Shown in pieces: positions 28,921-43,120 of a stretch of 64,000 nucleotides of DNA (its first letter is position 1; every line of letters starts with the position of its first letter). Below the pieces are notes generated by a model. That model searched no databases. It saw only the letters and a program-made list of their open reading frames with translations, and had not been told where the DNA came from. Source of the DNA: Trichoplax adhaerens (Eukaryota; Animalia; Placozoa); the NCBI RefSeq assembly GCF_000150275.1, contig NW_002060945.1, forward strand, positions 383,872 through 447,871, given 5' to 3'. The position numbers and the translations under genes are program-made.

Positions 28921-30959
28921 TGAGTCAGATCAACTAACTATCAGATATGCTTGATTTTAATAGATTAAGGCATTAAAAATAAAAGTCATTACTTTTTCAT
29001 CGTAAAGTTCCAGTATCTACCATTTTGTTATTTCAAGATTTAAGATTCCGAAAATATTAAAGTCTTTCGACCTCACTGTTTCACTGAAATACAGTTAAAG
29101 TGTGTAACAGGATACGCTCCAATTTTCTTTGATTGAAATCGAAATCAAAATGATTTCTTACGCTCATTCTATTGAATCGATATTATTTACTTTTCTTAGC
29201 AATTGTAATTATCAGACTGAAAAGGAATATTTGCCCTGTTAGCTATATATCCTCTAATTGAAAATAGCGATATAAATTAATGGTTGTAATTAGACAGAAG
29301 ACTTTAATATATGTCATCTTGCTACTGTAACACTTGTTAATTTTAACTTGCGAAGATTTTTTGCGGTCTGTAACGTAATACCCTCTTAATCTAGCAATTT
29401 TTGCGATTTTTTTAGATTAAAGCTTAGTGCTGTAACGCTAAGAGTGCAAGCAAATTAGGTAAATGAATGATCTACAGTATATTATAACCTATCAACTGAT
29501 GCAAAATAGAGTTAATAATACAATGCACAAAATAAACCCATTTCACTAAAATCACTTCAAGTGTTTGCATATCCTTGAGTTGGCTATAATTTTCAAAACA
29601 GACATTTTATCTATAATAATTTTCTATAGTCACTACTTAAATGCTATTCAAGTATAATGAAGCATTATACTCGAAAATCCTGCCAGTTTTTATTGCGTGA
29701 TCATCGGTATCATATTAAACAGTGATTGATACGATAATAATAATAAGCGTTCTATTTATTGTCAATTACTGAAGCAGTGCAGTGCTTGCTAATAGGCACA
29801 AATTGAAACCATAAGAACAATACAGAAATCAGAAAGAAGTCATAATTACTTCTGTTACTTTGCCTGATCTTTGTCCAAAGACAGAAGACAATATGATAAA
29901 TTTCTTACAAAAGTACTCTGATAAACATTGCGATGTGCTTCTATCTCTTATATATATAATCCGGCAATATTATATTTTATGATTTCATATACTGTACCTA
30001 CCGATTATACCGCAATAGTTAGTTTTATTGTTTTTTTGGTTTTGATGCAATCGCTGAAGCAATAACAGAACTAAAAATTTCACTATTTCTTAAATTCCTA
30101 CATCGTGAAACTTGTTCTTATTAGCTGATAATGACATTAGTTCCAAGCGCTATTATGCTTTACTGAGGTTAATTATTAAGTAGACAATTTATACTATACA
30201 GTAGCATTTATTATTTTACATTTTGCTGCCTTTCATTAGGATCCAACTACCTACGTATATTAATTTTATATTAGGGCTGATTTATGTCTTGATTATAAAA
30301 AGTATTTTATATTATCCGGCGGTAATTGAAAGTGCAATATCAAATTCTTCTTCTAGTCTAGTTTTCAATGCTATTCTGTAGTAAATATTCATCGATTGTG
30401 CGTTACTGTTAGTACATTAGGCAATGTAAATCACCGTTATTTTAATTGGTCTGGTATTCATAATTGAGTTTCGATGCCGATGTTTATGGCTTTATTATTG
30501 ATAATTAAAACGTTTAGATTTGAAATACGACTCAGAAATATGGAAGCTTTAAGAAATTAAACAGGTAAGTAAGGACATTTTGTAAAGTCTTAACAAAGTA
30601 AAGAAGAGTAATAGTAACTTAGAAAATGCTAAAGCTTTGTAAATGATAAACTACTGTCACAGTCATCAAAATAGCTTAGATATGGAAGTGTCGTTTATGA
30701 TAACATTTTGCTTTGAACTTTTTACGAGTATCAGCTACTACTTTAGGAATTGTTATTGTTAGTAATAACCTAAGTCATTACGGTATTATGATGATATAGT
30801 AATATATTACAAGTATGTAATGAGAACATAGGAGCTTGACAGGGCTTACAGTCGGAGTAGATTTACATATGAAATTGTTTATTACCTCGAATGTCAGTAT
30901 TTGATAATTCAATCGTAAGAACATACTTGTTATTGAAATATGTTAATAGTATAGTAAAT

Positions 30960-31215
30960 ATGTTTATAACTACTGAAAGAGTATGTAAGAAGGACTGTGA
31001 TCAATAAAAAGTGATCCAGGTTAAGGCTAACTTGTGTGATAGCTTTATATGGTGTATTGTGTTGAGCGAGTTAGTACTTCGCAAGGATTCCAGCTACAAT
31101 GCCGTAGGCTAGGGAAGTAGTTCTGGTGATTAAAGTAAAGTTTATTATAAGTACTGTGTTGTTTTCTTGTGTCGTAAGAATAGTTCTGGCAACTATTCTG
31201 CCAGTTCTACCCATA
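30960..31215 (-). mobile_element. Possible decayed APE-endonuclease fragment of a non-LTR retroelement
   Basis: One frame with one stop: GRIVA...VLIINF...GIVAGIL...TPY...SLNLDHFLL, in the order of APE motifs (GRI.., I.N.Y.P, IVAGDFN, S.LDH.L). Confidence 0.38.
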
Positions 31216-34200
31216 TAGGAATGTTGCGTTTCTGATCAGGTTTATCAATCCAGTAATCGTATTGGCATACATCAAATTACTTACTTTACCAATGGTCTTA
31301 TTGATCTGTCACAATTTAAACTCTGCGACAAGAAAGTGTGCAGTAAAAGTTTATAAGAAACACTGACTTAAATGCCTTTTTACTAAACGTTAAACACACA
31401 CTGTAAAGTACCGTAAAGATAGAACTTTTATTAGCATAGATATATCTACAACTTTCACCGCACAACGTAAGTCAAGTGTTCCCGTCATATAGGAACTGTC
31501 CAATCTGTAAATAACGATAGTATTATTATTATATCTTACTAGGAGAGATATCTCGAGCTGAGATGTTCCTTATATAGATTTTCTATCAGTAAATATTTTT
31601 AATCTCTTACTCATACTTAATCTTAATTTAAGCATGTGTTTTGTTTAATTCAACTATTACTAGCTAGAACTTGAATCATATTACTACTATCTACACATAA
31701 TAGCAATCAGTATCCACGTTAAAGCATTACTTATCTTACCTAGCACTACAAATATGGATATTTTCCATATTAGCTACTGTACTATTATTGTAGAATATCC
31801 TAACGGTAAGGTAACACCGTAACAAGATCATAAATAGCACGGCTTACCTTGTGTGTAATTCTAAAAAGTCGCTGATTGAAGCAATTTAGACAATCTGCTA
31901 CGCAATTGGGATCAATTTTAACTATGAACTAGCAATTGCTAGGTAATACTCAACAATAATGAAAAATTAAGGTTCCTGTATTGCGAAATTATGGTAGTCA
32001 TTTTTTAATTTGAGCATTGTTACAAATCGAAATTTGTAACGAGGAAAATATACTGTAGAAACTAGGAGTCTACTGTTGGGTTTGGACCTCCGTGATATTT
32101 ACCTACAATATAACTCTAAATACTCACAACCTCCTATTGTCGAGAGGAATAGTAAAACTACACAAGCTAAACCCAAACTTTATTGAAAGATCCTTCAATT
32201 TATACTAAATCTATACAAACATTACTTATCACTTTATACATAATACTATAAAACTATACACTTATCTATTAAAAGAATGCACAATGTCAAAGTTAAATTA
32301 ATATAAACATTTTCCTAGATAAGTTATCTTATGGAGACTATATTACGACAGCTATGCAAAAGTTACTCTGTAACAAGCATGTACTTGTACTTAGTAAAAT
32401 TTTATTCTATATTCATAGCCAATCATATTGTGAGAAATATCGTCTAATAACCGCACTTTGCATATTCACGAATAGCATAAGTGAGGCTGAATATTAGCTT
32501 AGTTTTTAGTAGGATCCTCAATTTAGACTAATTTTAATAAATTTTGGTATATTTTGTTTACTATCTATTGGAAGGTAGACCTGTGCGATCATAAATTCTT
32601 GCACGATAAATTTATGCAGAATTACGGTATATTTTTGCCAAACATTGATTCTCTGAATCGGAATGCCTTTGGCTTTTCATAAATACAGAACTTAAGATTG
32701 AATGTAAGCGAAGTAAAGCTTAAATTGTATCGACTACTAACCTTAAAGCCTGTAACTAAATCTTTATATTGCGGACCTCTCTTACTTCTTATTGTTCGTA
32801 CTCGTGACCTCAATTTATAATCATATAACATTGTAATCATCGATATTTCAAAATTGCTTGATAATTATTCCTAGCGGCATTTTCTGATTTTAAAATTTTC
32901 GAAGAAACTAAATTTCTTTGTCATCGTAACCTTGCAGTGACTTGTAGCAGCGCTACATACGTTTATTAAAGAAATTGCTAGTAAATATTAGCTGTGAAGC
33001 TACCCATTCCCGGCTAAGGATATATGAATTAGTTAGGTACTTAATTTATAAGAAATCTCAAAGATCAAATTGTGCTTTTATTACAATTAACTTCGTGATA
33101 TATGCATGCTCTAGCGTGCTTTAATATATAGCTTGTAGTCATAAATATTTAAGTCTGGAGTTTATTAAACTAATTTTCTTAATTAATAATAAGTTTTTGA
33201 AAACATTATTTACTCTTGAAGCTGCTCGGAATGATACTGAAAGGTACTTAAGCACGATATTTTATACAAAAATGACTTTAAACATTGAACTCAAAAAGGA
33301 CTCATTCTTGCCTATAGTTACAGCTGGAACCTGTTCTTACGTCGCTGTAGGAAATGTAGAAAGGCAGTGTTTATGCATATTGCATAACATATCCAGACTC
33401 TAGGCTTTGTAATTTTGTGATAGTACGAAATGTAATATTTGCTTGCCAAATAATTCAAGAATTGTTAATTTTGTAATGAAGACTATGAAAATGTGGCAAT
33501 CGTAGCGTCATCAGGGCTAGGAATTACAGTTATACCGAAAAATATACGCTTTCATAAACTTAAAATTTCTAGACTAAAATGTTACTAAAGTCGTAATAAT
33601 AACGAAATGTGACAAATTGCAAATAATACATCATCAAGATGATGTTACATATGTAAACGTGTGCAGTTATACCGTAGAATTATTTTTACTTCTATAACCC
33701 GCTCTACCAACAATAAGGTTCATACGTAGGTACCTCATACCTCAATATACAACAAATTTAAATTCAAATCTGGAGTTGAACGGTAACGTATTTTCGTCTT
33801 GGCTATTTACCGTATTAGCAATATTGTGTGTCTACTACATATTAAGGCAAATGGAATTAGCGAAGTAAAGCGATTTCATCCAATATAATTCAAGAAATAA
33901 AACTAAATATGAAGGCCTTAAATATTTAACAATACTAATTCCAAATTCAGCGAAAATATTTTTAAAAAGGGATTGAAAAAGGAAAATATATTTATGTTGC
34001 ATAGAAAATCATCTGCTGTTGTGCATTGAAAACATTTTATTAGCCGACAAAACCTGAATGATGATTTTATTTATTTATACGAAATATAAATAAAAATATC
34101 TTGTTATTTTTCTCTATTAGGTTGACATTGTATATAAATAATTCAGTATATAGAGTCATAGATTTTCACAAGTCTTTTCAGAAATTTAAAGATAAGCAAT

Positions 34201-37049
34201 GCAAATTATTTTTGATACCTTAGACTGCATTTTAAATCATTTAACCGAGATATTGCATATGCTAAACTTCATTTTGTGTCCTATGCGACAGTAGTGATAT
34301 AAAATTTGTTGTATCAAAAGTCATAATGGATACTCCGACATTTATTGTTCAGGATAATTCATTTGTATACGACGTTGTCCCTTAAGAATTTTGGCTTATT
34401 CATATAGTATCATTTTTATCGGAATGATTACTTAATCAACTTTAATCTACAATGCATCATGAACTAAGCTTTCAAGGACTGCAATAACGAATAGACCAAA
34501 GTGCATGACATGACGAAAATAATCACGCATCTCAGGTCTATGATATCTACTCATGTAAATAATAAACGTCGATACACTGGTAAATTTATAAGTATCCGAA
34601 CACTATCTAGAAAAAGCCTATCGAATACTGTAATCGAAAACATGACTGAACATGCCAATTTACATTGAGAATTTAAACTTACATCGGCGAAATTTGCTTA
34701 TCTTATTAATTATCTGTAAGGAGATAACTTTTAGCTAACAGATATACCTGCTATAATTATTAGAGTAATAACTAATTAATTACCAGTACTGGATCAAAGT
34801 CCATCCTCCCAATATCACTATGAAACTCTTAGAAACTACATTATGCACACTGATACAGCAAAACATTTCTCTATTATTATGACCAGAGTTGATAATAATT
34901 AATAACTGTCTCATTTTGCTGCAGTGTTCAATTATCAAGGAAACACCATTCAGTATCAGCTAGCGACATCACTGTCATATAAGTAGATACTATTGATTTT
35001 TAAAAGACCAGGTATTAGATGCCATGATCACAATCTAATTCTAGCACAATTACGAGATACGTGAGAATGAATCTTTTTTTACAATATCTTTCTGCCTGAA
35101 TCAGAGCTCCTTTGTATATTTAGCTCTACGTAGATACGAAATAAATGTAGCGAATACCAACACAATAAACGATGCTAGGCCTACTATATAAATAAGTACA
35201 GTAATAAAATCATACAAATACTTATACTACTCGAATGTGCACATATACGAAATATTTCGTTAATGTAGAATTGAAAAAATTTACTGCATATTATTGTAAA
35301 TGAATAAATATATACTGGTCTCCTTAATACAGAAGTTCAAAGAATAATTTATTAGTCTATCATGATATTTTGAAGCATTTTGCCACCGTTAGATTAAAAT
35401 AATTAGTTGGTAATCAGTTTTAGTAAGGTAAAAATTGAACATATATATAGGTTAAAATCATTTCTAGCAGTATATGCAGCGGACTTTGGTTAATAATTTA
35501 TTTACATTCTAAGCACCGTTGTTACTTTGGATGAATAGTATAAAGACATCAATTTATCTATAAAATGTGATTTCTGAGCTAATCTTTTCTGATTTCGAAA
35601 ATTAAAGAAAAAAAGATGCTTTATAATATAATTTATAATATTATCCAGCTTGATAAAACAATTACGGAAAATGGTAAAGTTTTTAAATTGCAAAATGTAT
35701 CAGTATGCTTATTGCGAATTCAAATCAGTCAGCTAAAATATATTAATACTGAAAGTAATTAGGAAATTCGAAAGCATAAATAAATTGTAATTGTGATTAA
35801 ATCTTGACGCTATTTGTGGGGAGATCAAGCTATAGTTGACAAAATCGATGATCTTAGGACAAAGGCAGTTTGAAACCAATCGCCTTACCTAGAGGCTATA
35901 GCAGCAATCAACGTTATTAATTATTTGATGTAAGAAATACCTAAAACATACAGCGACAAATGTATATATAATTTCGACAGTAGGATTGGTGCTTATTGTA
36001 GAATTAATAGTGTTGGAAATTGAACAGTGTGTAGGTCTTAATCATTTTTGATGTATCTTTGGATTTTGAGTCAGTTGTGTTTACAGTATAGATATCATTT
36101 AGTAAAAGCCATCTAATCTTAAATGATGCATTGAAGAGAAATCATTTAATTTATCGTTTTAATATAAGTAAATTTTAAAATTTCACAGTTTGGTACGTAA
36201 TTTTCATTTGATATGGAAGAATGAGTATTTTTAAATTCGATATCGATCAGTTTGAAACTTACACTAGCTATCTCGTACATCGAATATCTAGTTTCTATCA
36301 TTATTGCTCAATATTGCGTTAGTTTGCAAGAAAATATTATTCGATATAAATTACTTCTTGCAATTAGATATATTTTGCAATTAATCGTATTCTTAAAACA
36401 CAATTGAACAGCAGATAGAAGCTACAAAGCAGTTCCTACATAGAATAGCTCCTATTAGGTAGAATTAATTGTAAGTAGTTTGGTTAATACGATCATAAAT
36501 ATAACCTTGGTCACTCAAGCATAAGTTAATGCTATAGCATTAAAGTGCCCAGATATGTATATCGTACATAAACATATATGCCAGTAATTTAGAATATATT
36601 ACAGCTTTAAACTGTGATAGCTTCAAGATTGTGTTATAGGACTCCATTTATATTATACAAGCAAATTAATTCGTATAAGCAATATGAGTCAATAGAGCAC
36701 AAACTGCTTATATCTATGTTGTATAAGGGGACACAGTTAATTATATAAATTAAATTGTATTTTAAATGAAAGTAGTATATTGAACTTTCATATTAATCGT
36801 CATAAATCATTTGTCTTATTTGAATCTGGATTGTTAAATACTGCTTGCGATTTGGTATTTGTATGAAATAAATAAATTAAAATGTAGTTTAATCGCTATT
36901 TTAAGATCATATTCGTACTGGATTAGGAATGAAGAAAAAACGCATGTACATTGGTAGCTATTTTCTTTTTTTCAGTTATTTTGAACTGATACAAACAATA
37001 GCTCATTAATTTAAGAAACCGAAGGTGATATTTAGACTGAGCTTGATGA

Positions 37050-38192
37050 TTAAAAACGAGTTGACTTGAAATAGAATTGTTCGGGATAAGTATGATCTTT
37101 TTGAAATAATTTTGTATCTACATTGTATCCAAGTTTACAATTTCGAATTTTGTTATTATTCAGCGTTTTTGGAATCGTTGGAAAACTACCAGAGTTTGGA
37201 TATTGATTATTACTTGAATATTTCGTCTCACAGCATAGTTGATTTTTTATTGTTTGGACTGTATGCTGGCGTAGTACTTGATTAAAGTAGCCATAGAGGA
37301 AAGCATTAATAGCAGGATTACTGAATGCAATGTAACGCAAGATCTTGATAACTTTCATAATTTCCTCTAATGTCCAGTTAGGAGGTACTTTATAGCGTAC
37401 AACAAGAAATATCGTAACAAATGGTGTCCAACATGCGATATAAATTCCAACCAGAATAGATAGTGTCTTTGCAGCTCGAACATTTTGTATCCATTGCTTG
37501 CATTGATCATAGGTGGTTAATAGTTTGGCATGATGATGAGCGAGACAATAAATTCTACCGTAAAATAAAATCATTCCTCCACATGGAACGAAATAAAGTA
37601 CAATAAAATAAACCAAGTAATATATGCTTTCATATTGCATTTTGTTAGGATCTACAGTTATACAGTAATCGCGATTTATAGGCCGCCAAATAAAGTATGG
37701 TAGAAATGAAAACAGTATACTAAGTATCCATATCACTACCAGATAAAGAACTACGCGTGTTTTATTAACGATACGGTTGTATAGAAATGGATGAGAAATA
37801 TAAATATATTGATCTAGACTAATAAGAAATAAATGCAGATTGGAATTGATAATAAATGCCAAACCTAAGGTTACACAAATTTGGCAAAAGATAACGTCAA
37901 CGCTACTGGGAGATAATACAAAACGGGGAAATATGTAAAAGGCTGCAAGTAAGATTGCATTAAAGGACATACTGCCAATGATAATATTAGGGTTAGTTCT
38001 ACATTTACGATACCAATAAATGAGAAATATGAGAAATAAATTGGATAGAATCATAACCACGCAAATAAAACCCCAAACATATTGGTCTTCTATTACTTTA
38101 CCAAGCTCCGAAAATCCGTCATTATTATTATTATTGCTATTGCTATTGCTATGAGAAGAGGTATTGTTAGCATTTAATGCAGGAGTAGACAT
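37050..38192 (-). CDS. Intronless class A GPCR, 380 aa, amine/adenosine-receptor-like fold with atypical motifs
   Basis: 7TM pattern: TM1 SNLFL, TM3 C...LHLFLISLDQY, ICL2 HPFLY, TM4 IW...FSFLP, TM5 FVP...FY, TM6 AAKTLSILVGIYIACWTPF, TM7 SNPAINAFLY; N-terminal Asn/Ser low-complexity run with sequons. Confidence 0.93.
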   Translation of the reverse strand: MSTPALNANNTSSHSNSNSNNNNNDGFSELGKVIEDQYVWGFICVVMILSNLFLIFLIYWYRKCRTNPNIIIGSMSFNAILLAAFYIFPRFVLSPSSVDVIFCQICVTLGLAFIINSNLHLFLISLDQYIYISHPFLYNRIVNKTRVVLYLVVIWILSILFSFLPYFIWRPINRDYCITVDPNKMQYESIYYLVYFIVLYFVPCGGMILFYGRIYCLAHHHAKLLTTYDQCKQWIQNVRAAKTLSILVGIYIACWTPFVTIFLVVRYKVPPNWTLEEIMKVIKILRYIAFSNPAINAFLYGYFNQVLRQHTVQTIKNQLCCETKYSSNNQYPNSGSFPTIPKTLNNNKIRNCKLGYNVDTKLFQKDHTYPEQFYFKSTRF

Positions 38193-38455
38193 TTTTTATA
38201 AGTTAATAAACGTATTGCGATATTATCTCAGCGGTAATAGTCTTATAAATTTATCTGAATTTTTTTCTATTTTAAATTAGTCTGTATATTACTAACTTCG
38301 GTACCAATTGATTATATTTATGGCAACAACGTATAACACTAGTAATGATATACTGGTAGGAAAAATCTTACAAATCACTCGGTACAGAACGATGAAATGA
38401 CGCCTTCGATATCGTTACCACAACTAGAAAGTAGATTGCAGTTTTAGAATATTGT

Positions 38456-38539
38456 GAAAGTTAATTCGATCTTTATAACGAGGTATGTTCGCAGTCTTCG
38501 ATTATTACGAAAGTTAATTCGACTTTTATAATGAGGTAT
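38456..38539. repeat. 31-bp near-perfect direct repeat (period 53) upstream of the minus-strand GPCR
   Basis: gaaagttaattcgatctttataacgaggtat / gaaagttaattcgacttttataatgaggtat. Confidence 0.85.
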
Positions 38540-40914
38540 CCAGGACGAAATTGAACTGAAGCCTTTTCTTTTTCACAAGTTTTTTAAATTTAGACTAATA
38601 ATAGGATTTTATAGATTAATTCAAAAGTTGCAAATTGCTATCTTCATCTTTCTTTATCATCAATGAACCGTAAACAGAATGAAGGCGGCAAATTTTCAGC
38701 TACCATACATATCGATACATGTTTACGTATATTCACTTGTATATTCTTCTTTCTATTATCTTGGCACGAAGTTTTTTGTAATTATAACGTATGATCAAAA
38801 TTGTAGTATAAACTACAAATATACAATGATTATAGACAATTTCTGATTTAAGAATACTGAAGATCCGCAAGTTTTAGACACAATATACTATCTTCCATTT
38901 AACACAGGGTAATTAGTCTAAGAGAAAAGAGAACAAGAACAAATTACGATTCAATGCTTTAAATTTGATTATTCTTTTTTGTCAGTTGTCTTATAAAGGT
39001 ACAAGTACATTGAATAGATGAAACGCCACATCATATTTCTTTACATTTTCGATTCATTAGAGAGAGAAATAATACTTTTAATTACCACTATATTTCTGTG
39101 TGAAGTTTTTGACATAACGAAATGAGATAATTTTACAATATTTTAAAGTTTTCAACTTCTTCACCTCCAAAGATATTATGATTACTTTTCATGTAAATTT
39201 TGACATCTTACCTTTAAAATGGCATCAAAAATAGATAGAAGGAAGAAAGCTAGACTATCTTTTATTTCTTCTATCTCTTGTCATTCCTTTCTCTTTTTTG
39301 GTAAATAGAAAAGTCTTTGCGATAAGTTAGGCCTTAAATAAAATGTAAGGTAATAAATTGATATTGAGATGAATCATATACGTATACTCTGTCGCATTAG
39401 AAAATAAGAAAAGAACTTGATAATTAATTTTTATCAAATCATACCGATGTATTTCATTAATTTAGCATAGCACTAGAATAATAAAATAACGTGAAGCATA
39501 TATTCACATTTAGTGTTATGTAATAAGATTAAAAATTCGTAACGATTAGGACAATGGAATTGAAAAACGAAAATAAGTCTGGCAAGCACTTTACCTTGAT
39601 ATTACAATAAAGCCCATGGGAACGGTAGAATAAGTAAACTTTTTATGTACAGACAGCAACCATTTAAATTGTAACCACTATTGACTCTGGCTATCATTGG
39701 TTGGGCGTATTTTTTTCTGTTCTGTCTACATAATTCACAATGCAACCTTATTTTTTGTTAAACAAAAGTCGATTCTTTCATCAATAATGCCAGGAATCAA
39801 TCAAAAAGTAGCATAGAAAAATACATTAGCCAATAAAGTTGTTATAATAGCTAATATCATTTTAATGATCATTATAATACTTGAGCATCAAAGGTCTATT
39901 CAATGTGATAAATATACGTTCTAAAATGATGTTATGATCAATGTCATTGGTAACATTGACCTTTGACGATAAAAATGAAATTAAATATGTTCCATAGGCA
40001 TAACAGCGTTCTAAATTGTTTATAATTAATCGATAATAACCCCTTCCTTATCGTTTTCACTAGCATAGCAACTTACAATATATTTGGTATTCAGTTAGGG
40101 TAACTGGTAACAAAATTTTCAATTATTAGAGGTCATTAATACTTCTAACCGTTCTATACATATTAACATCTTTGCCTTAATAAATGATTAAGTAAATTAT
40201 TTCATTTATTACAAGGAAGTAATTTCTCGTCAAGGCCTATAAGATGTTATGAATAATCTTTTTTTCCACATGAATATCCTAGTATTATAATTAATTCATA
40301 ATCTTATAAATAGGTGTAGGTAAGCCTAATTAAAATTAAAATTTTCTTCCTTTTTATCTAGAATTGTCAACGTTCTGCATAAAGGAAAAACAAAAGACTT
40401 TGAAATATTTTTTCATCAAATAATTTTAGGTAAACGTATCAATATAGAATTAGGCAATAGTATAGTATCCTAAAATATTTATGCAATTCATATTAACTCT
40501 TTCAGAATTAGTTTAAGCCTTCAGTATTCACTTTACTGAAAGTCATTATTATTATCTAAGTATACTGCTTGAAGGTTAATCTTTGTAGTTGGTCACTAGG
40601 ACAAATGTCGTATTTTCGATTGTTAGTAATTCGAATTTTTTATTTTTGTCCTTAAAAATCGGTTTTAGTAAATTTTAAACGTCTATTTACTAGATTAAGC
40701 GTACGAATATTGAGTGAGGGACTCACAGTATATAATCAATTGATTACTTCTATGCAGCCATTATTGCTCTATACAAGCACGTCTAGAAGTCATTTTAGAA
40801 AGGTTTTTCTATAGCTTTAGTAATTGCACTGAATTCTTCAAAATTTATGTAATACTAGTAATTTTCGATTATGTTATAAGTCCAAATCAATATAATTATT
40901 ATGCTCGTATATTT

Positions 40915-41153
40915 AATTTCTGATTGATCCTGAGTTTTAAAAAACTTTAAACATATTTTTAAGCTTTAGAAATTAAATTGAGTCCTCAAATCCCACACTA
41001 AGGTAAACTGTCTCTTGCAAGTGCAAATCAATATGATTATTTTTTATACACAATTTCTGGCTTGATCTTGAGTTTATCACTTTAGATACATCATCTTTAA
41101 ACAGTAGAAATTAAATGAAGCCCTCAGATTTTGTACCACAGTAAATTGTATCT
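40915..41153. repeat. Diverged tandem duplication, period about 137 bp
   Basis: aatttctg..ttgatc.tgagttt ... tagaaattaaat..ag.cctca ... gtaaa.tgt.tct occurs twice. Confidence 0.65.
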
Positions 41154-42214
41154 AGTAGAAAAATAGTATCAAAGTCAACATTCATAAGTTGTCTTACATT
41201 GTTACCAGATGGATCAGAAACGTATACCTTCGACTGATTTCCTTATGATGATACTATAGATTGAATTGTAAACTTTATTACTCTATCATCTTGCAGTTGC
41301 ATATTTAGTAACTTATATTTAGATGTAAATATTTAGTTGTAAATCAACATTTTTTCACTCTATTCGTACCAATTTACCATTGATCATCATCAACTGATTA
41401 CTGACACACAGTAATTACTTTTATCTTTCTGTAGTCATCTCTTTGATTGGCAATAAACTAAAATTATACACTACACGTTGGAAGTCAGATATAACGAAAA
41501 TAATTTAGTTTTAATCCCCTTTTAAGACCTAATAGCCATAATATTACTTTGAGAAATTCTTTATTCATCACCGTTTTTATATAAAGCACTTTGTCTGTGT
41601 AATATTGAATCGTTTTCAATAATTATGCTTGATAAGTTAATATTATAACTTACACAAGTTGTGTTGTCTTGTATATATACAATTTTAAAAGCATCAATGC
41701 TATATTCCAGGATAATTTCAAGGTTTCTTATTAAGTCTACTACCTAGATCAAAAGTAGCTTCGAGATTTTTAGTAATTATATTATCAAATGCTCTTAATA
41801 TTAAACATGTTAATCTAATTTTATTAAAGTAATTATAATGCAGACTCTCTATAGTGTACACCTAGTACTAAAAATTTGTACATAAGCGGTTAAATAAAAA
41901 GATTCATAACCAGAACAAATTATGACGTAGAAAAATTCTTCGAAATCTATAGTAGACGGAATTTTAAAAGGGTTTAATAGCAATTTCAAAATAAGAGACT
42001 AACACAACCATAAGAAGCGGATCATGCTTTGATAATTAAGCATTATAAGTAATCAATAAAATATAAAATTAGTAATAACAATGGGTAATGTTAGTAACCA
42101 ACTGAATCCAATAGATCTATCATTACGACTAGATCATGTACGAGTGCAAATATTGCATTTCGAAAGAGAATTCTACTTTACTTGAATCAGTTTAAATTAC
42201 TACGATAAAATCTA

Positions 42215-42665
42215 ATCACGAAAATTCCAAAGTTGTAGACTAAAATTGCCAGCTTATATTCATTTGGTAGCAGTCGCAGCCACAATTAGCACAGCAACAT
42301 TCTACCTTAATTTGCACATAGTCAAATTATTATTAGTGACAAACATTTTACAGCGGATCATCATTAATCCGATATGGAAATAACTACAGTATTTCCGTAG
42401 ACATTATTCTTAGCAGTCAAAGTACGGTAAGCTAAGCATATCCTACTATATGAATTACACTTCCATTTTTACCACTAACCTTAATAGCAACTCAGCGCCT
42501 TACTATATATAGTCATCTGTACTATAGCATAGAATCTATCATTACAGTCCATAGAAGCGAGCTACCAAATACGTCTTAAGATAAATATAGAAAGTTACGC
42601 TTCCGTACATCTTACTAACATGGCTAAAAGTCTACAATCACAATACTAAGTTTCGTTACAATTAC
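42215..42665 (+). mobile_element. Interspersed repeat copy B (same family as 9280-9830)
   Basis: Diverged direct match to 9280-9830 with an internal deletion near its 5' end. Confidence 0.55.
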
Positions 42666-42820
42666 CAAAATGATAGTATGGTATCTGTTGGAAATTTAAT
42701 TAATATGCCTGTTATATAATTCTACCATACGGGTCATTATCTATTATTATATACAGACATTTATAAGTTTACATAAGCACAGATTTGATTTTTTCCTCGT
42801 TATATCTCATAAATATGCCG

Positions 42821-43120
42821 TTATTTCTGGGTTATTTTGCTACATAGATATGTATACGTCGTAACATTTACTAATAAAGTAGTACCAATGCAGATTGGAT
42901 AAATAATTCTTAGTAATTTCTTACATTTAGTTTTCAAAGCTATATGGTTGCATAATTCATTATTTTTATTACACCAATAGAAGTAACTAATTATGACAGC
43001 GATGTGGAGAGAACATAACAGTAGTTCCATCAGAAATCTTGGAATGAATAGCATAGGCATGCATAAGTTACTTCTACTTTGACTAGAATACAGTTAATTG
43101 CAATAGCCTCCAGTTATGCC
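42821..43120 (-). pseudogene. Possible decayed paralog of the 37050-38192 GPCR
   Basis: Ordered fragments FIPRF (cf. YIFPRF, TM2 end), LHIAVIIS (cf. LHLFLIS, TM3) and a TM5-like hydrophobic stretch ending Y..I; same strand as the intact gene. Confidence 0.3.

Noticed and set aside
1821-36000. Numerous 60-80 aa intergenic ORFs in the ORF track
   Set aside because: Expected by chance in AT-rich DNA; many use non-ATG starts and have I/Y/F/L/K-biased composition.
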